Origin: an uncultured Alphaproteobacteria bacterium
GTDB taxonomy: Bacteria; Pseudomonadota; Alphaproteobacteria; RF32; CAG-239
Reading direction: 5' to 3'
Length of the DNA: 64,000 nucleotides
Assembly: GCA_944391405.1 (NCBI GenBank)
Contig: CALXTN010000004.1
Location: 11,293 to 75,292 of the forward strand
Part shown: positions 1-8,835 of the stretch, in pieces
How positions within the stretch are numbered: position 1 is the first letter of the stretch
Layout: every line of letters starts with the position of its first letter
Made by a program: the position numbers and the translations under genes
The notes under the pieces: model-generated
What the model was told of the DNA's origin: nothing
Database searches by the model: none
The model's input: only the letters and a program-made list of their open reading frames with translations

Positions 1-15
1 ATCTAACTGTGGGAG

Positions 16-1482
16 ATGGATATGGCAGAAGAAGCATTTGTAAGTGATGGGCGTCCTATTGATTTACAATGGGGACAAATTTGTAACCAATTGAAAATGG
101 AATTTGGAGAGACAGCTTTTGACAGTTGGTTAAAACCGCTTACAGTCGGTGACTTTAAAGATGGAGTTATGAATATATGCGCACCGACCGCTTTTATGAA
201 AAATTGGGTTGTAACTCATTATTCTGATAGAATTAATAAAATTTGGGAACAGCAAAACCCTGATATTAAAAGAATCAATTTTGTTGTTCAGACAGGTTTT
301 AGTGATAGACGCAGTGTCGATACTTCGCTTTTGAAAAAAATTTCGTCTTCTCCAACACCTCAGAACATTTACGGTTGCAATATCAATAGTAGTTCTTTTG
401 GATTGGTAGCTGGCGCCAGTTTAGCTAACGACACATCCAATAATAACAACAATGTTACCAATGGTACTCCATTGAATCCTAACTACACATTTGAAAACTT
501 TGTTGTTGGAAAAACAAATGAATTTGCGTATGCAGCAGCTCGCAAAGTTGCCGAATCAAAAAATGTATCTTTTAATCCTTTGTTTTTATACTCCAGCGTC
601 GGCCTTGGAAAAACTCACTTGATGCACTCAATTATTTGGCACATCAAGAAAAACGATCCAACACGTAATGTCATTTATTTGACTGCAGAACAATTTGTTT
701 ATAAATTTGTTAAAGCTTTGCGTTACAAAGATACAGCAGCATTTAAAGAACAATTCCGCTCTGTAGACGTGTTAATGGTTGACGACTTCCAGTTTATGGG
801 AAATAAAGGTACCACTCAAGAAGAATTCTTCCATACTTTTAGCTCACTGGTCGAAGAAGGAAAACAAGTCATTATTTCTGCCGATAAATCTCCAACAGAT
901 TTGGATGGCATTGAAGAACGTTTGAAATCTCGTTTAGTTGGAGGGTTGGTTGTGGATATTATGCCAACAAACTTTGATTTAAGAATGGGAATTCTTCAAA
1001 AGAAGGCAGAGCTCATGGGAATCGAACTCCCCCAGAAAGTTGCTGAATTTTTAGCTCAAAAAATAACTTCTAATGTTCGAGAGCTTGAAGGTTCATTAAA
1101 AAGAGTTGCCGCACACTCTCAACTTTTGTCTGGAAAAGAAATCACTTTAGACATGACACAAGATGTTCTAAAAGATATGCTGCGTTCTATTGACAGAAAA
1201 ACAACTATCGATGAAATTCAAAAGAAAGTTGCTGAACATTTTAATATTTCCGTTAAAGAGCTTCAGTCTTCTCGCAGAGCGAGAACAGTAGCCAGACCGA
1301 GACAAATTGCAATGTATTTAGCAAAACAATTAACTTCTCGTTCTTTACCAGAAATTGGTCGTAAGTTTGATAGAGACCATACAACTGTCATGCATGCCGT
1401 TAGAAAAGTTGAAGAGTTGATTATCGAAGATCAATCTTTGGCTGAAAATATTGAAATTTTGAGAAGAACTCTCGAAAACTAA
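16..1482 (+). CDS. dnaA: Chromosomal replication initiator DnaA
   Basis: Domain I (FDSWLKPL), AAA+ region (YTFENFVVGKTNEFA, NPLFLY..GLGKTHL, DVLMVDDFQF) and domain IV (RPRQIAMYL...SLPEIGRKFDRDHTTVMHA). Confidence 0.99.
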   Translation: MDMAEEAFVSDGRPIDLQWGQICNQLKMEFGETAFDSWLKPLTVGDFKDGVMNICAPTAFMKNWVVTHYSDRINKIWEQQNPDIKRINFVVQTGFSDRRSVDTSLLKKISSSPTPQNIYGCNINSSSFGLVAGASLANDTSNNNNNVTNGTPLNPNYTFENFVVGKTNEFAYAAARKVAESKNVSFNPLFLYSSVGLGKTHLMHSIIWHIKKNDPTRNVIYLTAEQFVYKFVKALRYKDTAAFKEQFRSVDVLMVDDFQFMGNKGTTQEEFFHTFSSLVEEGKQVIISADKSPTDLDGIEERLKSRLVGGLVVDIMPTNFDLRMGILQKKAELMGIELPQKVAEFLAQKITSNVRELEGSLKRVAAHSQLLSGKEITLDMTQDVLKDMLRSIDRKTTIDEIQKKVAEHFNISVKELQSSRRARTVARPRQIAMYLAKQLTSRSLPEIGRKFDRDHTTVMHAVRKVEELIIEDQSLAENIEILRRTLEN

Positions 1483-1540
1483 AATTCAATAAAAAAAATT
1501 GTTGAAGACTTATTTTTTGACTTCTGATTTTACTGATTTG

Positions 1541-1549
1541 TGATACAGT
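1541..1549 (+). promoter_or_regulatory. Putative extended -10 promoter (TGaTACAGT) for dnaN, lying between a 13-bp inverted repeat (1505-1517 / 1560-1572)
   Basis: TG-n-TACAGT at 1541-1549 and TTGACT at 1517-1522; aagacttattttt and aaaaataagtctt are exact reverse complements. Confidence 0.35.
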
Positions 1550-1589
1550 AGAGAAAGATAAAAATAAGTCTTTTTTTAGGATAAAGATA

Positions 1590-2708
1590 ATGAAATTTAC
1601 AATTGAACGTGCACATCTATTAAAGACTCTCAGCCATGTTCAGAGCATTGTTGAGAAAAGAAATACTATTCCGGTTTTATCCAATGTTAGAATCGAGGCA
1701 AAAGACTCTTGCATCAATTTTAAAGCAACGGATATGGATATTGAAATAACAGAAATTGTTGAAGCTCAGGTTATTGAACCTGGCGCAACGACAGCTCCTG
1801 CTCATATGCTTTATGATATTGTAAGAAAACTTTCTGATGGTTCTGATGTTGAAATTGCTTATCCAGATGAAAAAAATGCTTTAAGCATTTCATCGGGACG
1901 TTCTAAGTTTTCTTTATCTACTATTGGAGTTGAGGATTTTCCAATTATTTCGGGTGATGATTTACCTGTTAATTTTGAGATTAGCAGAGATGAACTTAAG
2001 ACACTTATTGACCGCACTCAGTTTTCTGCTTCTGTTGAAGAAGCGCGTTATTACTTAAATGGTCTTTATGTTCATGCAAAAAATGAAGGAGACACTAAGG
2101 TTTTAAGAGTTGTTGCGACAGATGGTCACAGATTAGCCTGTGCCGAATCCCCTCTTCCTGAAGGTGCTGAGAAATTAGAAGGCGTTATTATTCCAAGAAA
2201 GTCAGTTCTTGAAATCAGAAAATTACTTGATGACGCTTCTACTGAAACAGTTTCAATGGCTTTATCGGAATACAAGATTCGCATATCTTTTGAAGATATA
2301 ACCTTAACATCTAAATTAATAGATGGAACTTTCCCTGATTATGAAAGAGTCATTCCTACAGATAATGATAAAATTTTGGAAGTGAAAGTTAAAGAGTTAG
2401 CTTCTGCGGTTGATCGTGTTTCAGTTGTTACAGAAAGAAGTCGCGGTATTCGTATGATTACTGATACGAATCGAGTTACAATTGCCGCCTCTAACGCAGA
2501 ACTTGGTAATGCCACAGAAGAATTAGAAGCTAAATACGATAAAGATCCGATTGATACTGGTTATAATTTCCGCTATTTACTAGATATCTTAGCTCAAATT
2601 AAGGGTGAAGAAGTTCGTTTTAGTTTATCTGGTAACGCAGCCGCAACTGTTATCAATGACACTTCTGATAATAGCGCTATCTATGTTTTAATGCCAATGA
2701 GAATCTAA
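1590..2708 (+). CDS. dnaN: DNA polymerase III beta sliding clamp
   Basis: MKFTIER...KRNTIPVLSNV, ATDMDIEI, VATDGHRLA, LIDGTFPDYERVIP, C-terminal VLMPMRI; follows dnaA. Confidence 0.99.
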   Translation: MKFTIERAHLLKTLSHVQSIVEKRNTIPVLSNVRIEAKDSCINFKATDMDIEITEIVEAQVIEPGATTAPAHMLYDIVRKLSDGSDVEIAYPDEKNALSISSGRSKFSLSTIGVEDFPIISGDDLPVNFEISRDELKTLIDRTQFSASVEEARYYLNGLYVHAKNEGDTKVLRVVATDGHRLACAESPLPEGAEKLEGVIIPRKSVLEIRKLLDDASTETVSMALSEYKIRISFEDITLTSKLIDGTFPDYERVIPTDNDKILEVKVKELASAVDRVSVVTERSRGIRMITDTNRVTIAASNAELGNATEELEAKYDKDPIDTGYNFRYLLDILAQIKGEEVRFSLSGNAAATVINDTSDNSAIYVLMPMRI

Positions 2709-3947
2709 GTGAGCGCTATAGTTTCTTGCAATTTGATGAATAACAATACTGAGGTTAGGTCCGCTGTAAGGCGCCTGACCTTAGTTAATTTTCGGAACTA
2801 TAAATATCTTCGCCTAAATCTTAACATGCCGTTTATTGTCCTCGGTGGTGAAAATGGAACTGGTAAAACAAATGTGTTAGAAGCCCTGTCCTTTCTATCT
2901 CAAGGGAGAGGACTTCGTAGTGCTAAACTATCTGAAGTTAAAACTTTTGATTTTTTGGCTCAACAGCAGCCTTCTCCTGTTTTTATTAATAATAGCGGCT
3001 GGGCCGTTTCTGCTCAAGTTGAAAGATTTGGTGAAGAATTTAATATCGGTACGGCTGTTGAAAGTTTTGTTAAAGAAGTCGAATATAACGAAACAAAAGA
3101 AGTTGAGAGAAGAATTGTTCAAGTTAATAATCAGAAGCTTTCTTCTCAGAACGAATTAGGAAACTATCTTTCTGTTATTTGGGTTACTCCTCAGATGGAT
3201 AGACTATTTCAAGGAGGTTCACAACTACGTCGTAGTTTTCTTGATAGGATTGTTTATACTTTTGATGTAGAGCATGCTAGAAGAATTTCATCTTACGATA
3301 ATCTCTATAAACAATGGCTTCAAATTCTTAAGAGTGGCAATATTAATACCTCGTGGCTCAATGTTTTGGAAGAACAAATGTCTGCTATCGGTGTAGCCAT
3401 AGCTGCTGCAAGAAAAGAACAAATTCAGAAATTAAATACTTTTATTGAACAAAATCCAGATGATATTTTTCCAGATGCACTCCTCTCTTTAGATGGGACC
3501 ATTGAAAAAATGCTTGATAATAAACCAGCCATTTATGTTGAAGATTTTTATAGAGAATCCTTATTTAATCAAAGACGCAGTATTCTTTTTAACGATACCA
3601 ACAGTAACTTAAGTAAAACAGATTTATGTGTTCTTTATAAAAAGAAAAATGTTCCTGCATCTTTATGTTCTACAGGCGAACAGAAGGCTTTACTTCTGAG
3701 TATCATTTTAGCTCACTCCAGGTCTTTATTATACACAAAATCTATTCCTTCTATTTTATTATTGGATGAAGTGGCTGCTCATTTAGATGATATTAAAAAA
3801 AATGCCTTCTTAAACAAAATAAAACATATGCGACTGCAAGCTTGGCTTACAACGACTGATTTATCAGAATTTGCATCATTCAATAATATCTCGCAATTTT
3901 TTGAGGTAAAAAACAACACTCTCCGAGAGGTAACTTTATCATTTTAA
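2709..3947 (+). CDS. recF: DNA replication/repair protein RecF
   Basis: LVNFRNY, Walker A GENGTGKTNVLEA, CSTGEQK signature, ILLLDEVAAHLD; follows dnaN. True start may be ATG 2736. Confidence 0.96.
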   Translation: MSAIVSCNLMNNNTEVRSAVRRLTLVNFRNYKYLRLNLNMPFIVLGGENGTGKTNVLEALSFLSQGRGLRSAKLSEVKTFDFLAQQQPSPVFINNSGWAVSAQVERFGEEFNIGTAVESFVKEVEYNETKEVERRIVQVNNQKLSSQNELGNYLSVIWVTPQMDRLFQGGSQLRRSFLDRIVYTFDVEHARRISSYDNLYKQWLQILKSGNINTSWLNVLEEQMSAIGVAIAAARKEQIQKLNTFIEQNPDDIFPDALLSLDGTIEKMLDNKPAIYVEDFYRESLFNQRRSILFNDTNSNLSKTDLCVLYKKKNVPASLCSTGEQKALLLSIILAHSRSLLYTKSIPSILLLDEVAAHLDDIKKNAFLNKIKHMRLQAWLTTTDLSEFASFNNISQFFEVKNNTLREVTLSF

Positions 3948-4009
3948 ATTACATTTTGAATTATATTTAAATCTCAATTTTCTTAATCAGCATATTAAAA
4001 AATTTAGAT

Positions 4010-4393
4010 TTAAGATTTTTTCTTGATTCTTTGACGACCAATTATCGCATTTATATAATCAAATTTTGCAAAAGACTTGTATGCATAATCCAGCCCTTTG
4101 TTGTCATAACCATAAAAAACCTTATTAGCTAGACCTTTTATGGCATCATCAATTTTTTTAAATGCTTCATTATAATCTTTACTAAAATTATTTTTCGTTT
4201 TCTTTTGAACTAAATCATGATAAGCAGCTATAACTTTTGCTGTTTCATCTGCTGAATTGGCATATCCTTTTTTCTCAAATTCACGCATAATTTGAGCTGT
4301 TGTCTGGTAAAAACACTTGTTTGTCAAAATACTTTTTTGTGTTTCATTTTTGCTATCTATTATCATGGCGAAAACGTAACCCCCATAGTACAT
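4010..4393 (-). CDS. Hypothetical protein (orphan, predicted helical)
   Basis: 127-aa ORF filling the recF-rpmH gap; no motif recognised. Confidence 0.55.
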   Translation of the reverse strand: MYYGGYVFAMIIDSKNETQKSILTNKCFYQTTAQIMREFEKKGYANSADETAKVIAAYHDLVQKKTKNNFSKDYNEAFKKIDDAIKGLANKVFYGYDNKGLDYAYKSFAKFDYINAIIGRQRIKKKS

Positions 4394-4481
4394 AAGTTTT
4401 ATACCATATAGATTTTATTTTTTCAAGTAATTTGTTGCCTCTTTGTTTCTTTTAGAGTATTATCTATTTGTTAAAAAAATA

Positions 4482-4509
4482 TTGACTTCTTTTTCTTTTA
4501 TATTATAAA
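4482..4509 (+). promoter_or_regulatory. Putative sigma70 promoter of rpmH operon
   Basis: TTGACT (4482-4487) N16 TATAAA (4504-4509), ~70 nt upstream of the rpmH ATG. Confidence 0.45.
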
Positions 4510-4579
4510 CATCCTCGTAGAACCGAGAAGTAATTATATTTACTTTTAAATAATTAATAAATTAACCGGAGATTTTAAC

Positions 4580-4714
4580 ATGAAACGTACATATCAGCCA
4601 AGTAAATTGGTAAGAGCTCGTCGCCATGGTTTTCGTACTCGTATGGCTACAGCTAGTGGTCGGAAAGTTTTAGCTGCTCGTCGTGCTAGAGGTCGTAAAA
4701 AACTTTCAGCTTAG
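4580..4714 (+). CDS. rpmH: 50S ribosomal protein L34 (not in ORF track)
   Basis: Manual translation [44 protein letters not shown]; GGAG RBS upstream. Confidence 0.99.
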   Translation: MKRTYQPSKLVRARRHGFRTRMATASGRKVLAARRARGRKKLSA

Positions 4715-4721
4715 TCTTTTG

Positions 4722-5096
4722 ATGATGACTAAAATAATTGTTTTCAAAAAAAGAAAAGATTTTTTAAGAGTCGCTCAGGCATTTTATGTTGCTACTCATA
4801 ACATGGTGCTTCAGGCGGCTCCTAGTTTATCTAAAATGGATAATTTGTTTGTTGGTTATACAGCTACTAAAAAAATTGGCAATGCTGTTTGTAGAAATCG
4901 CAGTAAACGGCGTTTGAGAGCTGTTGTTCGAGAAGTCTTAAAAACGTATGCTATACCCCATGTTGATTATGTCTTTATTGCTAGAAACTCTACGGCATCT
5001 TGTGAGTATTCCGAATTAAAAAAGGATACTATTTATGCTCTTAAGCGAATTAATAAAAATTTTTTAGATCATACTGAAGATGTTGTAATAGATTGA
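4722..5096 (+). CDS. rnpA: Ribonuclease P protein component
   Basis: KKRKDFLRV, VGYTATKKIGNAVCRNRSKRRLR (RNR motif); follows rpmH; start moved to ATG 4722. Confidence 0.97.
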   Translation: MMTKIIVFKKRKDFLRVAQAFYVATHNMVLQAAPSLSKMDNLFVGYTATKKIGNAVCRNRSKRRLRAVVREVLKTYAIPHVDYVFIARNSTASCEYSELKKDTIYALKRINKNFLDHTEDVVID

Positions 5097-5109
5097 CTAG
5101 GCGAATAAC

Positions 5110-5382
5110 ATGTTTAATTTTTTCTTTTTTCCTCGCATTTTCTTTCAAAAAATGGCTCTTTTTATACTTAAGTTTTATAAAAATGCTATTTCTCCGTTTT
5201 TGCCACATGCTTGTCGTTTTACCCCTTCTTGTTCTGAATACATGATGCAAGCTATTAGTATTCATGGTCTATTGAAAGGTGGATATTTAGGGATAAAACG
5301 CCTTTTGAAATGTCATCCGTGGGGGGGGTGTGGTTATGATCCAGTACCACCTAAGAAAAACTTAAACAAAGATAATGATTAA
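5110..5382 (+). CDS. yidD: Membrane protein insertion efficiency factor YidD
   Basis: CRFTPSCSEY...KCHPWGGCGYDPVP; canonical position between rnpA and yidC. Confidence 0.96.
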   Translation: MFNFFFFPRIFFQKMALFILKFYKNAISPFLPHACRFTPSCSEYMMQAISIHGLLKGGYLGIKRLLKCHPWGGCGYDPVPPKKNLNKDND

Positions 5383-5461
5383 CTTTTTACTTAGACTTTA
5401 CAAACTTACTTTTTCATATTAAAAGGTTAGGAAATATTTAATTAGAGGAAAGATATTACAA

Positions 5462-7138
5462 ATGAAAGAAGATTTAAGATCTCTATCTTTGGCGATTTTA
5501 TTGTCATTTATTGCTATATACTCAGTCAATTATTTTTTCGGAATTAACAAAAGTAGTTCAGTTCAAAAACAAGTTTCCGAAATTGAACAAATTACAAACA
5601 AATTAGATCAAGTTGCCTATAAAAATTCAGATAAGAATCAATCTAAAACGGCTCAAGATGTCCTTGCTGAAGATAAACGTATTCATTTTAATAATGGAGC
5701 TGTTCAAGGAAGTATTCGTTTAAAAGGGGCTCGTTTTGATGATTTATATTTAACAAAGTATAATGTTTCTCTAGAAGACAACGGTTCTAAAGTTGAATTA
5801 CTACAACCTGCAAATACAGATAATCAATATTTTGCAGACTTAGGTTGGTTATCTTTAGATAAATCCTTAAAATTACCAACAGCTGATACTGTTTGGAATA
5901 CTTCTGATACAGAGTTAACATCTGATGGTACTATTACTCTAACTTGGAATAATGAAATGGGACTTGAATTTGTCCGTAAAATTTCTATTGATAAAAATTA
6001 TTTATTTACCATTAGTGATACTATTTTTAATAATTCTAATCAAGAAGTTGATCTATTCCCTTATGCTCTTATTAGTCGTAATATTAAAAATTTTGTGCAA
6101 GCTCGGTCCGTTGTTCATGAAGGCATGAGTGGAGTTATTGATAATACATTGCACGAATTTAAATATGCTGACTTAGGAACAAATGACAGCGAAAAATTTG
6201 ATACAGAAGGTGGCTGGATTGGATTTTCGGATCGCTATTGGTTCTCTGCTCTTGTTCTTAATGATAAAGATGTTGCTTCTGTATCTTTTAAAAATAATGG
6301 TAATTCTAATTATCAAATAGATTATTTAGGTTCAAGATTGATTATTCCTTCTCATGAGTCTATCTCTTATTCTTATCGATTTTTCTCAGGTGCTAAAGAG
6401 GTTAAATTGCTTGATACCTATACTAAGGAAAATAATATTCCTAAATTTGACTTAGCTGTTGATTTTGGGTGGTATTATTTTTTGACTAAGCCTTTTTTCT
6501 ATATTCTTGATTTTCTTTATGGTTTTCTTGGAAATATGGGATGGGCTATTTTGTTATTTGCTGCACTTTTACGCTTATGTATGTTCCCTATTGCTAATAA
6601 GTCTTATACAAATATGGCAAAAATGAAAGCGTTACAACCGAAGATTAATGATATTCGTGCAAAATATGGAGATAACCAAATGCTTATTCAACAAGCGACC
6701 ATGGAACTTTATAAACGTGAAAAAATTAATCCGGCTGCTGGTTGTTTGCCGTTATTTATACAAATCCCAGTTTTCTTTTCTCTTTATAAGGTTTTAAATA
6801 TCTCTATTGAAATCAGACATGCGCCTTTTATTGGTTGGATTAAAGATTTGTCTGCTCCAGACCCTTTAACACTCTCTCAAATTCTAAATATTTATGTTCC
6901 AGGATTTATTGATATTGGTTTATGGCCAATTTTTATGGGATTTACTATGTGGATGCAGCAGAAGCTCAATCCGACGCCTGTCAACAAAGATCAAGCAAGA
7001 ATGTTTGCTTTGATGCCTGTATTCTTTACATTTATGCTTGGACACTTTGCTTCAGGTTTGGTGATTTACTGGACTCTTAGCAATATTCTTTCTATTATTC
7101 AGCAAAAAGTTATCATGCATCAAAACGGAGTTGATTAA
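5462..7138 (+). CDS. yidC: Membrane protein insertase YidC
   Basis: N-terminal TM, large periplasmic domain, VDFGWYYFLTKP, GCLPLFIQIPVFF, DLSAPDP, GLVIYWTLSNILSIIQQ. Confidence 0.98.
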   Translation: MKEDLRSLSLAILLSFIAIYSVNYFFGINKSSSVQKQVSEIEQITNKLDQVAYKNSDKNQSKTAQDVLAEDKRIHFNNGAVQGSIRLKGARFDDLYLTKYNVSLEDNGSKVELLQPANTDNQYFADLGWLSLDKSLKLPTADTVWNTSDTELTSDGTITLTWNNEMGLEFVRKISIDKNYLFTISDTIFNNSNQEVDLFPYALISRNIKNFVQARSVVHEGMSGVIDNTLHEFKYADLGTNDSEKFDTEGGWIGFSDRYWFSALVLNDKDVASVSFKNNGNSNYQIDYLGSRLIIPSHESISYSYRFFSGAKEVKLLDTYTKENNIPKFDLAVDFGWYYFLTKPFFYILDFLYGFLGNMGWAILLFAALLRLCMFPIANKSYTNMAKMKALQPKINDIRAKYGDNQMLIQQATMELYKREKINPAAGCLPLFIQIPVFFSLYKVLNISIEIRHAPFIGWIKDLSAPDPLTLSQILNIYVPGFIDIGLWPIFMGFTMWMQQKLNPTPVNKDQARMFALMPVFFTFMLGHFASGLVIYWTLSNILSIIQQKVIMHQNGVD

Positions 7139-7782
7139 TGAATGAAATAAACGCTCAGAATATTGAAGATTTTTCTCTCGGTCGCGATTTCTTTAATAAA
7201 AAATGCACCTTTATGTTAAGTGTTGCGAATCTTAAGCAACTTCCTGATAGTGATCGTTCGGAGGTTGCTTTTGCTGGGCGTTCCAATGTAGGTAAATCTA
7301 GCTTAATCAATGCACTATTTGGGCAAAAAAAATTAGCTAAAACATCTTCTACTCCAGGACGTACACAGCAATTAAATTATTTTAATCTGGATGATAGGTT
7401 GTATTTGGTGGATTTACCTGGATACGGTTTTGCAAAAGCTCCAAAAGATATTGTTCATAATTGGCAGCAACTAATTAATTCATATTTGGTAGGCAGACCT
7501 AATCTCAGGCGTGTTTTCTTGCTTATTGATTCTAGACACGGTATCAAAAAAATCGATTCCGATATTATGAATATGCTTGATAAAGCAGCGGTTACTTATC
7601 AAATTGTATTGACAAAGATTGATAAAATCAGCACTGCTGCACTTGATCAAATTATGAATGAAACACAGCAACAACTTAAAGAACACACGGCTGCCCATAT
7701 ATCTATTTTAAAAACCAGTTCGGAGAAAAACCTTTTTTTAGATGAACTTAAAAATGAAATAGCAGAGCTTGCGACTTTCTAG
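7138..7782 (+). CDS. engB: Ribosome biogenesis GTPase YihA/YsxC (EngB)
   Basis: G1 AFAGRSNVGKSSLIN, TSSTPGRTQ, G3 DLPGYG, G4 TKID. Confidence 0.97.
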   Translation: MNEINAQNIEDFSLGRDFFNKKCTFMLSVANLKQLPDSDRSEVAFAGRSNVGKSSLINALFGQKKLAKTSSTPGRTQQLNYFNLDDRLYLVDLPGYGFAKAPKDIVHNWQQLINSYLVGRPNLRRVFLLIDSRHGIKKIDSDIMNMLDKAAVTYQIVLTKIDKISTAALDQIMNETQQQLKEHTAAHISILKTSSEKNLFLDELKNEIAELATF

Positions 7783-7786
7783 TAAT

Positions 7787-8767
7787 TTAGGTTATTTCTG
7801 TTATACCACGAATGTTTCCATCTCTTACTATTTGTACCACATGGAGTTTACGGCGCATTTCTTCTATTGTTTTCTCAACGTCGATATTTGGTTGAGTTCT
7901 CATTATACGCTTTACAAAAGCTTCATATGCTGCTGTTGAACTTTCTGCATGGATTGTTGCTAAGCAGTTATCATGTCCAGACCCCATCAGCTCCCATATT
8001 GCGCCAGCATTACTTGTTGAAATTTCTCCGCCGATAATTGCATCTGGAGTAAAACGCACAATCAAGTCAATTACTTTTGAATAATCCATCGTATTTGTTT
8101 GTTCTGTACGAGATAGTACAATGTGTACTCTATTGGGTTGTGGTACATTTAGTTCTCGTGTATCTTCTACTGTTATCACACGTTTATGAATATCTAGCAG
8201 TTTTAATAAATTATTTAATAATGTTGTTTTACCCGTACCGGTACCGCCACTCACTAATATGTGATCTCCTCTTCGCAGCGCTAGTAGTAATCTTTCATAA
8301 GCATCTGCTGGGTCTTTTATGTTTTTTAGAGGATTTATTTCTTTTAATTTTTTCCCCTGCTCTAAACCATAGTCTCCAAAACCGAAAGCAACATCATCTG
8401 TATGCAAACGGATTGTTATAGCAATTCCCCCTGTGGCGGCATCATCTAAATCATATTCAATATTTTTTCCAGCAATCCCTGTAAAACGATGCCCTCCAGG
8501 AATTCTGGCATAAACTACAGGTGATCCATTTATTGGATCAAATTCCTGATCATTTAAATTTGCAATAATATGTAGCAAATTTGTTAAATATTCTCTAGTT
8601 AATTTAGGGTCCTTGTAATTCACCCATGGGAAAGCTCTTTTTCCACGTAAGCGTAGCCATATATCACCTGGATGATTTATTGCAACCTCTTCTATATTTT
8701 CTTGTTCATACCAGTATGATAAAGGTCTTAATACTGAGCATAAAACTTCATCCTCTAGTTTTCCCAT
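7787..8767 (-). CDS. virB11: T4SS traffic ATPase VirB11
   Basis: EEVAINHPG N-domain, Walker A GGTGTGKTT, Asp box ITVEDTREL, RFTPDAIIGGE, His box GHDNCLATIHA; last gene of a virB cluster. Confidence 0.92.
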   Translation of the reverse strand: MGKLEDEVLCSVLRPLSYWYEQENIEEVAINHPGDIWLRLRGKRAFPWVNYKDPKLTREYLTNLLHIIANLNDQEFDPINGSPVVYARIPGGHRFTGIAGKNIEYDLDDAATGGIAITIRLHTDDVAFGFGDYGLEQGKKLKEINPLKNIKDPADAYERLLLALRRGDHILVSGGTGTGKTTLLNNLLKLLDIHKRVITVEDTRELNVPQPNRVHIVLSRTEQTNTMDYSKVIDLIVRFTPDAIIGGEISTSNAGAIWELMGSGHDNCLATIHAESSTAAYEAFVKRIMRTQPNIDVEKTIEEMRRKLHVVQIVRDGNIRGITEIT

Positions 8768-8793
8768 TTATATACTCCCTTTTTAATCCTTTT

Positions 8794-8822
8794 ACTTTAG
8801 CAAATTTTCAATATTTCGTCAA
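8794..8822 (-). promoter_or_regulatory. Putative sigma70 promoter for virB11
   Basis: Minus strand TTGACG-N17-TAAAGT in the virB10-virB11 gap, followed by AAAGGAG RBS. Confidence 0.55.
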
Positions 8823-8835
8823 TACTTTGCATAAA

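Noticed and set aside
5321-5328. G8 homopolymer as a phase-variation tract
   Set aside because: Encodes the conserved HPWGGCG motif of housekeeping YidD.
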